In this document: one piece after another, positions 20,647-30,278 of the stretch
How positions within the stretch are numbered: position 1 is the first letter of the stretch
Layout of the letters: every line of letters starts with the position of its first letter
DNA from: Candidatus Micrarchaeia archaeon
GTDB taxonomy: Archaea; Micrarchaeota; Micrarchaeia; CABMEP01
Direction: 5' to 3'
Assembly: GCA_038881595.1 (NCBI GenBank)
Contig: JAVZPM010000002.1
Location: 74,652 to 138,651, forward strand
DNA length: 64,000 nucleotides
Notes under the pieces: generated by a model
Told to the model about the DNA's origin: nothing
Database searches by the model: none
What the model saw: only the letters and a program-made list of their open reading frames with translations
Program-made: the position numbers and the translations under genes

Positions 20647-20908
20647 TTAATTTTAATTTTTGCAATATTGTTTCTAAAGTAGTGCCACCCAGATATAAGT
20701 AGAGCAAATAAATCTTATTTTGTGGTTTGGATCTAGATCTAATATCTTTTTTATATCTTTTTCTTTTATATCGCATTTCTTTTATCCTAATACTTAACTG
20801 CATACTTTTTTATTTAATATTTAATTTTACTTTTTAGTTTTTGTTTTCAGTTATATTTATCTATTTTTTTATTTATAATTATTTTATCCGTAATTAATAG
20901 ATCTTAAT

Positions 20909-21098
20909 GGGCCAGTAGCTCAGAGGTAGAGCGCTTCGTTCGCATAAACTTTCTTAGAAAGAGAGTTTGATCAAGGAATTTTCTAAGAAACTCTTTATCA
21001 AATAGTTTCATCAAAATAAGTGATTGAACTTTCCTAACATGAAAGTAGTAAAGTTTCGGAAAACGAAGAGGTCGCGAGTTCGAATCTCGCCTGGTCCA
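20909..21098 (+). tRNA. tRNA-Ala(CGC) with 118-nt intron at 37/38 (20945-21062)
   Basis: Acceptor GGGCCAG/CTGGTCC with G3:U70, anticodon arm CTTCG-TTCGCAA-CGAAG after splicing, TTCGAAT loop; BHB helix TTCG/CGGA. Confidence 0.93.
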
Positions 21099-21130
21099 TA
21101 ATTAGTATATAATCAATTAGAGAGGTTAAC

Positions 21131-22375
21131 ATGAAAAAAAATGAAGGAAAAAAGAATACTAAAAGTAATGTCTTTTGGCTTGGGATCGTAAGCCTTCTTG
21201 CAGATGCTTCTTCAGAGATGATCGCTCCGGTTATGCCACTATTTCTATCTAGTGTTCTTGGGGCAAGTGGATTTATGATAGGATTAATTGAAGGGATTGC
21301 AAAATCTGCTGAGAGACTACTCTCATTTGTTTTTGGATGGTATTCTGATAAGATTGGAAAAAGAAAGCCTGTGATTGCGTTTGGTTACTTTCTTTCATCA
21401 ATTATGAAGGGAGCATTCGCATTCACAACTGTATGGACTGAATTTTTGTTTGCAAGAGTTATTGAAAGAACAGGAAAGGCAATAAGAGATGCACCAAGAG
21501 ACGCATTGCTTGCTTCTTCAACCGGAGATTCACTTGAGGAGAGAAGAAAGGGATTTGCACTGCATAGAATGTTAGATACGCTTGGTGCCATCATCGGTCC
21601 TCTGATAGCACTTCTTTTTGTAGCCTCTCTAACGCTAGATTTCGAAAGTACTGTAAGGAATCTTTTCATTCTTTCACTTATACCTGGTCTTCTTGGTGTC
21701 TTAATAGTATTAATTTTTGTAAAAGATGTTGAGCTGAAGAAATCAGAAAGAACTAAGAAATCAATCTCAAAATCATTTTCTATAGAGTATGGAGATAGCT
21801 ACAAGCAATTTTTATTTTCCTTAGTTCCGTTTTTCCTTTTTGCCCCTCCGCTTGCATTCATATATCTGCAAGCTAGCGAATTCGGTCTTGTTCTATCAGG
21901 GGTGATAACGCTTGGCTTTTTGTATTCCGTCTTTTACATATTAGGAGCAAATCTAATCAATTTTGCTTCAGATAAATTTAAGATGAAAATAGGAAGAAAG
22001 CAGGGAATTGAGATTTCACTTTTGTTTGTGATGCTTTCGTTCTTAGTAGTTTTTCTTGTCCAATATTTGCAATTAGATCAGGGCAATGCTCTTACGTTTA
22101 TTTTTCTTATTTTAGCATTAGTTCTTTATGGAATAGGTATGGGTATGTTTGAAGTGGAATCTAAATCCTATATCTCTCTTCTTGTAGAGAAAAAAGAAAT
22201 GGGCGGAGCATTCGGCGCATATCAAACCATCAGCGGAGTAATGATAATATTCTCTGGCTTGATATTTGGATTTATTTGGGACTTTTCACCTGGATTTGCA
22301 TTTTTGTTGGCCGGAATTAGTACATTTGTATCGCTCTTTTTATTTAGATTTTTCACATACACTACAGTAAAATAA
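21131..22375 (+). CDS. MFS transporter
   Basis: GWYSDKIGKRK motif A, about 12 hydrophobic segments, ERTGKAIRDAPRDALLA. Confidence 0.92.
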   Translation: MKKNEGKKNTKSNVFWLGIVSLLADASSEMIAPVMPLFLSSVLGASGFMIGLIEGIAKSAERLLSFVFGWYSDKIGKRKPVIAFGYFLSSIMKGAFAFTTVWTEFLFARVIERTGKAIRDAPRDALLASSTGDSLEERRKGFALHRMLDTLGAIIGPLIALLFVASLTLDFESTVRNLFILSLIPGLLGVLIVLIFVKDVELKKSERTKKSISKSFSIEYGDSYKQFLFSLVPFFLFAPPLAFIYLQASEFGLVLSGVITLGFLYSVFYILGANLINFASDKFKMKIGRKQGIEISLLFVMLSFLVVFLVQYLQLDQGNALTFIFLILALVLYGIGMGMFEVESKSYISLLVEKKEMGGAFGAYQTISGVMIIFSGLIFGFIWDFSPGFAFLLAGISTFVSLFLFRFFTYTTVK

Positions 22376-22453
22376 ACAGTAAAATAAAAGTTTAAATTTA
22401 AATTTTCTAAATTTCATCAATCAATATTGTGGATGAATTGCAAAAATCTTGTT

Positions 22454-22849
22454 TTATTTTTTGAGATCGTTTATTCCATCTTCTTCATTCACATCTCTTA
22501 TTTTATCCATCGGAGCATTTTCTGGCTTTGGTTGGAAGTTTATTTCATTTTCAAAGTAAGTCTCTCTAGGATTTTCTTTTCTCTCTCCTTTTTCTTTCAT
22601 CTTTTCCTCTTCTAATTCTCTTATTACTTCTTTTTTTATTTTGTCCCATATTTCCTTCCATGTCATTTTGTCATTCGAATCTTCATTTTCTTTTTCATTT
22701 TTTTCTTTTAAATCCCTTATTTCTTCATGTAAGACATCGCTTTTTCTTTTTTTCTCTGGAATTTCATCGCATTCCTTAAAACGTTTATAATTATTATTAG
22801 AAGATTCATCACTAGAATCTTTTTTCTCTCTGAACATGAACCATTCCAT
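22454..22849 (-). CDS. Hypothetical charged protein
   Basis: E/K/D-rich ORF with host-like codon use; start uncertain (22849 or 22837). Confidence 0.5.
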   Translation of the reverse strand: MEWFMFREKKDSSDESSNNNYKRFKECDEIPEKKRKSDVLHEEIRDLKEKNEKENEDSNDKMTWKEIWDKIKKEVIRELEEEKMKEKGERKENPRETYFENEINFQPKPENAPMDKIRDVNEEDGINDLKK

Positions 22850-23072
22850 AACATCACTAAATAACATAGCATTTTTTAAATATATAAATATTTCGTTTTG
22901 GTGGCTTTGTAGAAATCCTATGGAGGTAAAACAGTTTCTCTTAGATGTCACTTTTATCGTGATAAGTCATAAGAGATACCTAATAATTTAAAAAATCCTG
23001 TAGAACCACTCAGATTTACTTTTTTCTCTGGTTTTGAATGAGGGTGCTACGAAAGTAGACGTTATAATATAA

Positions 23073-23972
23073 TTAATGTAGCAAAATTGTGTCGCATCCT
23101 TCTGGTTCTCCATAATATGCAGGACCGCTTATAACTAGTTTTACATATCCAAGTATCGGTATTCTGAAGATTACCTTTCCTTTTATGTCACTTTCTCTAA
23201 CAATATCAAAATAGCTAATGTCCATGTAGTTATTGTTGTCTCCCTTTGTTAGCAGATAATAACTTTCTCCCACTTTGAGCTTAAGAAATACCCTGTGGAC
23301 TATATCCATGTTTGTATAAGTTCCATTTACATGTGATGCGTAAACTATGACATCATTAGTGAGATTTTCATTTATTTCTTTTCCATTAATATATATTGAT
23401 CTAACGCATTCGGGGGAATAACCTATCAGTTTCTTTGTTGATGAAGAAATTCTTGGACACATGCTCTGGCATTTGTAAGTGATACTTCCATTCTTGCTAG
23501 TACCACATAGAACTTTAGAATTGTTTATGTCATTCAATTCTTCTTCTGTTATTTCAATTGTAGGCGCATTGATATCTTTTGCCTTTATTCCCTGCACTAT
23601 TACAAAGTCTCCTCTCTCATATGATGGCAGGAGAGAGCATGAAACCACTCCACTGATTGGGACAGAGGTTCCAAGCAAAAATGATATAGATGAAAATATA
23701 ATTATTGCAAGTGCAGCAGCCTTCAATATCTCAATTATTTCTTGTTTCCAGCTTGTTTGCGATGCACTTACGTAAATGTCAACAAAAAAATACGCAATAA
23801 GGGAAAAGCCTGAAAGAAATGCGAAGATTATGGACTTTGTCAAAAGATAAAGCACGAACGATATTCCAAAAACAATCAGTAGCAGATTGCTTTTATGTAG
23901 TTCTGTTAGTTTTTCTTTCTGTTTCTCTTCCTTTTCTATTTTTTTTGCATTTTTTTCTAATTTGTCTTCCAT
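23073..23972 (-). CDS. Signal peptidase I (S26B, Sec11-type) with Cys-containing insert
   Basis: VVSCSLLP..RGD (Ser), IVHRV (His), TKGDNN, N-terminal TM helices. Confidence 0.85.
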   Translation of the reverse strand: MEDKLEKNAKKIEKEEKQKEKLTELHKSNLLLIVFGISFVLYLLTKSIIFAFLSGFSLIAYFFVDIYVSASQTSWKQEIIEILKAAALAIIIFSSISFLLGTSVPISGVVSCSLLPSYERGDFVIVQGIKAKDINAPTIEITEEELNDINNSKVLCGTSKNGSITYKCQSMCPRISSSTKKLIGYSPECVRSIYINGKEINENLTNDVIVYASHVNGTYTNMDIVHRVFLKLKVGESYYLLTKGDNNNYMDISYFDIVRESDIKGKVIFRIPILGYVKLVISGPAYYGEPEGCDTILLH

Positions 23973-24112
23973 GATTATATTTGTTTGTAAAGTAATTAAA
24001 ATATATCTTAAATATCTTAAAAATAGAATTAAGAAAAATAAACGATTGAAATAAAAAATAGAATATAAAAAAAGAAAAAATTAAGGCGATTGCAATGACA
24101 GACTAGTTATGT

Positions 24113-25189
24113 TTACCACATAACTTCTTCTATCATTTCATATGCCTTGTGTTCCTGTTTCTGTGGTTCAAGGTTTCCAAGCAATGATGTGGAGGTAACT
24201 CCGGTCATGATTGCAGTGACAACAACCTTGTCTCCAAGTTCTGGCATGAGTCTTGCTCCCCAGATGACATTTGCATTGTTGTCAAATGCTGCAGTTATTC
24301 CTTCACCAATCTTGGTTGCCTCACCCAATGTAAGATTTGGACCACCTGCTATGTGGATAAGCGCTCCCTTTGCACCTTCATAGCTCACATCAAGCAATGG
24401 GTGTTCTAATGTGCTCTTTATTGCATCCTCAACCTTGTTTGTTCCCTTTCCTTCTCCAACAGAGAGCATTGCAACTCCACCGTTGCCCATGATTGCTCTT
24501 ATGTCGGCAAAGTCAATGTTGATAAGGGATGGGGTCATTATAGTATCAGATATTCCCTTTATTGCTCTTGCAAGTATTTCATCTGCTACATTGAATGCCT
24601 CGTTCATAGGTAAGTTTGGCACGTACTGAACTAATCTGTTGTTGTCAATTACAACTACAGTGTCACATGTTTTTCTTAATTCTTCCAATCCCCATCTTGC
24701 CTTTTCTGTTCTTGCTCTCTCAAGAGAAAATGGGTATGTAACCATACCAACTACTATTGCACCCTCTCTCTTTGCAACCTCTGCAACAACTGGTGCAGCA
24801 CCTGTACCTGTACCTCCTCCCATACCTGCTGTAATGAATACTAAATCTGCTCCACTTAATGCCTCTGCAAGCTTGTCTTTTGATGCCTCAGCTGCCTTTC
24901 TTGCAACCTCCGGATATCCTCCAGCACCAAGACCTCTTGTTATGGACTGACCAATTAAGAGTCTCTTGTGAGCCTCTGTTATCTTCAGGTGGTTGACATC
25001 AGTGTTAATTGCTATCGTGTCTGCGGTTTTTATTCCAGATCTCATTATTCTAGTGATGCTGTTGCATCCTCCTCCACCTACTCCTACTACAGTAATTCTG
25101 ATCTTGTCTGATCCAAGGTAATCCTTCTCCGGTGCCTTGGTCGCCTTAACTGTGGTTCCAGATGTAAACGAACTTAGGAAACTTTCCAT
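24113..25189 (-). CDS. ftsZ: Cell division protein FtsZ (FtsZ2-type), downstream copy
   Basis: [22 protein letters not shown]; start moved to ATG 25189. Confidence 0.97.
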   Translation of the reverse strand: MESFLSSFTSGTTVKATKAPEKDYLGSDKIRITVVGVGGGGCNSITRIMRSGIKTADTIAINTDVNHLKITEAHKRLLIGQSITRGLGAGGYPEVARKAAEASKDKLAEALSGADLVFITAGMGGGTGTGAAPVVAEVAKREGAIVVGMVTYPFSLERARTEKARWGLEELRKTCDTVVVIDNNRLVQYVPNLPMNEAFNVADEILARAIKGISDTIMTPSLINIDFADIRAIMGNGGVAMLSVGEGKGTNKVEDAIKSTLEHPLLDVSYEGAKGALIHIAGGPNLTLGEATKIGEGITAAFDNNANVIWGARLMPELGDKVVVTAIMTGVTSTSLLGNLEPQKQEHKAYEMIEEVMW

Positions 25190-25220
25190 TTCAACACCCT
25201 GCCTCAAATTAAATATTATT

Positions 25221-25265
25221 TTCCACTAAAAAATTAAGTGGAATGGCTGCAAAGCAGCCACTTAA
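25221..25265 (-). terminator. Hairpin plus T-tract between the two ftsZ genes
   Basis: Minus strand TTAAGTGGCTGC-TTT-GCAGCCA-TTC-CACTTAA followed by TTTTTT. Confidence 0.5.
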
Positions 25266-25270
25266 CAAAT

Positions 25271-26332
25271 TTAACCAATTATTTCAATGTCACCATATAT
25301 TGGTGATTCTACTTTTTGCTCTTCAAGTGGTACTCCAACAACACTTGCACCCTTTACTCCAGTTACGATTGCAACTATTTCTATCTTGCCATCATATCCT
25401 GGAATGAGTCTTGCACCCCACTTGACGCTTGCCGTTGAATCCATTCTTTCAGTTATTATTTCTCCTGCCTTGATTGCATCTCCTAATGTCAGGTCGTTTC
25501 CACCAGAGATGTGGATCAAAGCACCTTTTGCTCCTTCGAAGTCAACATCAAGCAATCTGTTCTTTAGAACTCCTTCTGCAGCTGCCTGAACCTTGTTTGT
25601 TCCTCTTCCTTCACCTACCGCAATGAAACCAACATCACCTTGAGACATAATTGCTCTTACATCTGCAAAGTCAATGTTGATTAATGAAGGTTGTGTTATC
25701 GTCCAGACAAGTCCACCAATTGCTCTTGCAAGTATCTCATCTGCAACTCCAAAAGCCTCATTCATTGGGAGATTTGGAACCAATTGAACCAGTCTGTTGT
25801 TGTCAATTATAATAACACTGTCTGCATGTTTTCTAAGCATCTGAATTCCTTCGTCTGCTTTGCTTCTTCTTGCCTTTTCAAGTGCGAATGGGTAGGTAAC
25901 CATAGCAACTACTATTGCACCTTGTTCTTTTGCAATTTCTGCAACAACAGGAGCACTTCCTGTACCTGTACCTCCTCCCATACCTGCACAGATAAAAACT
26001 AATTGTGCATCTTTTAGTGCTCTTTCGATTAAAGGCTTGTCAATTTCTGCAGCCTTTCTCCCTACATCAACATATCCTCCAGCACCAAGACCTCTTGTTA
26101 TAGATTTACCTATAAGAATCTTTTGAATCCTTTCATCTAATGTCAATAAGTGCTGATTATCTGTATTAATTGCAATCAGATCAGCACCCTTAACACCATA
26201 TCTAAGAAGTCTCTGAAGGGTGTTGTTTCCTCCACCACCGCAGCCCACGACTGCGATCTTAATTCTTTCAACTGGACCAAGATTTGACTCAGCCTCAGTG
26301 TGTCCTGTAACAGATTTGATTAAGCTTTCCAT
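25271..26332 (-). CDS. ftsZ: Cell division protein FtsZ (FtsZ2-type), upstream copy
   Basis: [23 protein letters not shown]. Confidence 0.97.
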   Translation of the reverse strand: MESLIKSVTGHTEAESNLGPVERIKIAVVGCGGGGNNTLQRLLRYGVKGADLIAINTDNQHLLTLDERIQKILIGKSITRGLGAGGYVDVGRKAAEIDKPLIERALKDAQLVFICAGMGGGTGTGSAPVVAEIAKEQGAIVVAMVTYPFALEKARRSKADEGIQMLRKHADSVIIIDNNRLVQLVPNLPMNEAFGVADEILARAIGGLVWTITQPSLINIDFADVRAIMSQGDVGFIAVGEGRGTNKVQAAAEGVLKNRLLDVDFEGAKGALIHISGGNDLTLGDAIKAGEIITERMDSTASVKWGARLIPGYDGKIEIVAIVTGVKGASVVGVPLEEQKVESPIYGDIEIIG

Positions 26333-26497
26333 TACAATCGCCTCAATATTGCTATTAATATATAATATTTAAATATGTTTCTTTTTTTCTTTTTTCTTCG
26401 TCGTAAATTTTTTGAAAAATTTTCAATTTTGAAGAAAGAAAATAACTATTTCATACATTTTCAGTTTTTTTGACGGCTCAAAAATAAAAAGATAATT

Positions 26498-26564
26498 TTA
26501 AAAATTTTGAATTATAATTCTTATCATTATATATAAAATTATTAAAAATTTTGAATTATAATTC
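26498..26564. promoter_or_regulatory. Two identical 23-bp boxes with palindromic core (putative operators)
   Basis: TTAAAAATTTTGAATTATAATTC at 26498 and 26542; core GAATTATAATTC is a perfect palindrome; TATA-like TTATATAT between them. Confidence 0.6.
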
Positions 26565-26618
26565 ATTTAACTTGTATATTATGTGCTGTCAAAATATAGT
26601 TAGTATTCAAGTGATTAA

Positions 26619-26900
26619 ATGCCAAAAAAGAGAAAATATAGAAAGATAGGTTCAATTCCTAATGTAAGATTATTCAAGCCATTCGGAAATAAAGTAAATC
26701 ATTTAGATGAGATCATATTAACAATCGATGAATTCGAAGCACTAAGACTTAGTGAATTAAACAACCTTAAACAGAAACAAGCAGCAAATAGAATGTGGAT
26801 TTCTCAATCTACTTTCAATCGTCTTCTTAAATCTGCTAGAAAAAAGATTGCTTTGGCAATTATAGCAGGAAAACAAATTAGAATTGAATCAAGCAAATAA
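26619..26900 (+). CDS. DUF134 (UPF0251) HTH DNA-binding protein
   Basis: MP..RK.RKI, FKPFG, LTIDEFEALRL, AANRMWISQSTFNRLLKSARKKIA. Confidence 0.92.
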   Translation: MPKKRKYRKIGSIPNVRLFKPFGNKVNHLDEIILTIDEFEALRLSELNNLKQKQAANRMWISQSTFNRLLKSARKKIALAIIAGKQIRIESSK

Positions 26901-26924
26901 ATAAAAAGTAAAAGAATTTAGAGA

Positions 26925-28070
26925 TTAGATTATTTCTTCAATATTACCATCTGCAGCTTTTTCGATTCTTTCCATTATCGCTCTTCCAATTCCAAATTCA
27001 TAAACCCCTTCAATTAATATAACATCGAAATTATTTTTATCGGCATTTCTCAACTCTTTAAATAGACAACGTGCCATTTGAATATGATTTTCATATTCCG
27101 TAACGCTTCCTAATTTAGAAAATTCTTTCTTCATTTTTTCAGGGATTGGTTCTGAGAATATTATCTTTACTTTTTTCTTTTTATTGGATAATTTTTCTGC
27201 AGCATATGCCATATTAATTATTGTTTTTATCCTTCCATCTTTTCTTCTTCCTATAAATACCTTTGCATCTGGAGAATAATTTTTATATTTCATACCTGGT
27301 GAAAGATGTTTTTCACAGTCTTTTTTACAGATTTCAATATTCTTTTTGAGTTCATTCTCTATTTGCTCTTTTGTTATATATCCTTCTCTTAAAATAGTAT
27401 AGGGTTCAGATACCATATTAATTACAGTTGATTCAATACCTATCTTACATTGACCGCCATCTATAATTAATGGAACCTTTCCTTGAAGATCAGAAAATGC
27501 ATCCTTTGCATTGGTAGCACTTGGTTTTCCTGAAAGATTAGCAGAAGGAGCAGCTATAGGAAATCCTGATGTTTCGATTATGTCTAATGCAACAGAGTGA
27601 TTTGGCATTCTTATTGCAATAGTATCTAATCCTGCAGTTGTTATCTCTGGTACTAAATTATTTTTCTTTAATATCAAAGTTAAAGGACCTGGCCAAAATT
27701 TATTTATTAGTCTATTAGCATCTTCACTTATCTCCTCAACTAAGAATTTTAGCATTTCTACAGATGATATATGAACAATTAATGGATTGTCTTTAGGTCT
27801 ATTCTTAATTTTAAATATCTTAGAAACAGCACTAGAGTCAAATGCATTTGCACCTAATCCATATACAGTTTCAGTTGGAAATACTATAACTTCTCCAGAA
27901 TTTAGTAACGAGGAAACTTCTTCGATTATTCTTTTATATTCAAGTGCATGTAGTTTTCTTACATCGATTATTTTAGTGTTGATAATTTGTTCTTCTTTTG
28001 GATTGAGAATTTGCTTATCTTTATTTTTTCCTTTTATCTCTTTCTCTTTTTTATTTCTTTTCAAATCCAT
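26925..28070 (-). CDS. sua5: Threonylcarbamoyl-AMP synthase Sua5
   Basis: FPTETVYGLGA, KNRPKDNPLIVH, APSANLSG, SPGMKY, C-terminal SUA5 domain. Confidence 0.95.
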   Translation of the reverse strand: MDLKRNKKEKEIKGKNKDKQILNPKEEQIINTKIIDVRKLHALEYKRIIEEVSSLLNSGEVIVFPTETVYGLGANAFDSSAVSKIFKIKNRPKDNPLIVHISSVEMLKFLVEEISEDANRLINKFWPGPLTLILKKNNLVPEITTAGLDTIAIRMPNHSVALDIIETSGFPIAAPSANLSGKPSATNAKDAFSDLQGKVPLIIDGGQCKIGIESTVINMVSEPYTILREGYITKEQIENELKKNIEICKKDCEKHLSPGMKYKNYSPDAKVFIGRRKDGRIKTIINMAYAAEKLSNKKKKVKIIFSEPIPEKMKKEFSKLGSVTEYENHIQMARCLFKELRNADKNNFDVILIEGVYEFGIGRAIMERIEKAADGNIEEII

Positions 28071-28172
28071 AATCTACACCATACAATATGGCAGAACTAA
28101 TTTTAACTTAAAATTTAACGATTATGTTCTTTATATATTTAACGATTTGTTCAATATAATGTAAAATTAGAT

Positions 28173-29102
28173 CTAGACTTTTATTTTTCCAATTATTCTC
28201 ATCTTTCCTTCTGGCTTCAATAAAAGATATTCATTTCCAGGAATGATTGCAATATCTCTATCTGATTTAAGTTTTATTTTTCCTTCTGAAATGCTTACAA
28301 CATCAACTTGCCTGTATTGAAGATGTGCAGCAATAAATATTTTGCTGTTTTCTTTTAATTCTTCTGTATAGTACTTATTCTTTATGAAATCGCCCTCTAT
28401 TTCTCTTATAGATTTTAATTCCTGTTTTGAAAATAAATGCCCTCGTTCTACATCTTCAACACTGACTCCTTTTAGAGCCAGGCCTACTCTTTCTCCTATT
28501 TCAGCGGATTTTACATCTTTATCATGGACTTGTATAGAACGGATAGTTACTTTTTTTCCTCCAGGATATATTCCAAATTCATCATGGACATTTACATTCC
28601 CTCTTGCAACACCAAGAACAACAGTCCCAACACTTTTAACATCGAAAGCAGAATCTATTATTATGTATTCTATTTCTGATTTTTTATTTTCAAATTTTGC
28701 AATTCTTGGATATATTTCAGATGGAACCTTATCCACAATTATAAACGATTCAAGAACAGTTCCTCTTACTAGATTTACAAATTTGTCTTTTTCGACGTAG
28801 TCATCAAATATTATCAATCCTTTTTTTATTCCTAAAAGGTCAAGTGCAATTATGTATTCTCCCAATTCTTTATCTAATTTTTTAACAACTAAAATTGCTG
28901 CATCAGCCATTGCTAAACAATGTGTAAGAGATTGGAGTTTTTCTGGATAGCTTGTAGGAACTAAGAAAGTTGCAGTTAGTTCTCCACCTTGCATGTCACT
29001 TCCTTTGTAATTATATATTGTAAAATCAGTAACAGTTCCTTTTTTTCCTAGTTCTTTTGCAAATTCGTTGTCTCCTAAAATTACTACATTTATATTTTTC
29101 AT
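28173..29102 (-). CDS. EF-Tu/SelB-like protein with degenerate G domain
   Basis: ELGKKGTVTDFTIYN, IDSAFDVKSVGTVVLG, IRSIQVHD, GERVGLALKG; no GxxxxGKS/T. Confidence 0.8.
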   Translation of the reverse strand: MKNINVVILGDNEFAKELGKKGTVTDFTIYNYKGSDMQGGELTATFLVPTSYPEKLQSLTHCLAMADAAILVVKKLDKELGEYIIALDLLGIKKGLIIFDDYVEKDKFVNLVRGTVLESFIIVDKVPSEIYPRIAKFENKKSEIEYIIIDSAFDVKSVGTVVLGVARGNVNVHDEFGIYPGGKKVTIRSIQVHDKDVKSAEIGERVGLALKGVSVEDVERGHLFSKQELKSIREIEGDFIKNKYYTEELKENSKIFIAAHLQYRQVDVVSISEGKIKLKSDRDIAIIPGNEYLLLKPEGKMRIIGKIKV

Positions 29103-29205
29103 TTTTCACACCATAGATAAGATTTACAAAATAGATAATAATTAGTAAATTATAATTGAAATTAATATTTATAATGTTTAGCAAGCTAATTTTTCTGTTG
29201 ATTCT

Positions 29206-29940
29206 ATGGCTCAGTTTGTAAAATTACATAAATTTTCGAATATTTCAGTTTCACAACTTTGGTCGTTTACTGTAGCTGCAAGAAAGATGCCTAAAGGGTT
29301 TTATCAACTTAATCCAATTTCGTTTGTAAAAGAAAATGATGGAGAGATGTTTATATTGGGAAAGGATTTAGAAAATTTTTCTAAATCTTTTTCTGGACCT
29401 ATGTCTTCAAATGAAGTTCAAAATGCATTGATTCAAAATTTCTTTTCAGAATGGCTTAAATCTTACGAATCAGCAAAAATTTCGCTTAATGATCTTAATG
29501 GGCTTTCATTTTCTTCCCTTTCAAATGATGTCCTTTATAAAGTTTATTCTATAATAAGTACACAAAGCAGTGATGTTGGAAGAATGCTTTTCTTTTCAAA
29601 AATTCTTGAAGCAGCAAATAAAGATGCTTATTTAAAATTGAGAGATCTCCTTTCAAATAAATCAATATCTTACGAAGAAATTTTTTCTCTTTCTTTGAAC
29701 CTATTTAAAGATGATTTATTTGAAGAGATAGGAAAGCGAATATACAAGAATAAAAAAGAAACATTATTGTTGTCTCCAGAAGAGTTTTATTCTTCCTTAT
29801 ATGGCGGAGTATTCGATGAACAGGAAATCGAAGAAAGAAAAACAAATTACATAATGGTTTATGATCTTGAAAAGGATGCGCCACATATCTATAGCGGAGA
29901 AAAAGCAAGGGCAATGGAAGCCTCTTTATTGAAAAGTTAA
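29206..29940 (+). CDS. Hypothetical protein
   Basis: 244-codon ORF filling a gap, upstream TTTATAA box; no family recognised. Confidence 0.6.
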   Translation: MAQFVKLHKFSNISVSQLWSFTVAARKMPKGFYQLNPISFVKENDGEMFILGKDLENFSKSFSGPMSSNEVQNALIQNFFSEWLKSYESAKISLNDLNGLSFSSLSNDVLYKVYSIISTQSSDVGRMLFFSKILEAANKDAYLKLRDLLSNKSISYEEIFSLSLNLFKDDLFEEIGKRIYKNKKETLLLSPEEFYSSLYGGVFDEQEIEERKTNYIMVYDLEKDAPHIYSGEKARAMEASLLKS

Positions 29941-29964
29941 TTATGTATATTTCAGGGTGGTAAT

Positions 29965-30249
29965 ATGATGTCTAAAATCCCTATAAAATTGGATAAAGTG
30001 AATAAGAAAGATATAGATAAAGAAATTTTAAGAGCAGGAATAATTGCAGAACTTGATGCAATAAATCTATATGAGCAAATGGCAGCATTGGCTCAAGACA
30101 AAAATATAAAAGCTATACTTCTTGACATTGCAAAAGAAGAGAAGACCCATGTCGGCGAGTTTCAAAGGCTTCTTTTGAATCGAGATAAGCAACAGGCAGA
30201 AGAATTAGAAAAAGGAAAGGAAGAAGTAATGAAAGAAGTAGGAGAATAG
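29965..30249 (+). CDS. Ferritin-like protein (encapsulin-associated Flp/rubrerythrin-like)
   Basis: AELDAINLYEQ and EEKTHVGEF di-iron half-site. Confidence 0.85.
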   Translation: MMSKIPIKLDKVNKKDIDKEILRAGIIAELDAINLYEQMAALAQDKNIKAILLDIAKEEKTHVGEFQRLLLNRDKQQAEELEKGKEEVMKEVGE

Positions 30250-30278
30250 CATTATTTTAAAGAAAACAGAAAACAAAG

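Noticed and set aside
20561..20803. 80-aa minus-strand ORF and weak hairpin near 20685-20730
   Set aside because: Low-complexity AT-rich sequence overlapping the DUF99 gene end; pairing too weak to call
20945..21062. Box C/D guide nested in the long tRNA-Ala intron (as in tRNA-Trp introns)
   Set aside because: A C-like GTGATTGA is present but there is no CTGA D box
23030..23062. Hammerhead ribozyme around GAATGAG...CGAAAG
   Set aside because: CUGANGA core and the three-stem junction cannot be formed
26498..26564. Mini CRISPR array
   Set aside because: Only two 23-bp copies with a 21-bp spacer containing a TATA box; no cas genes
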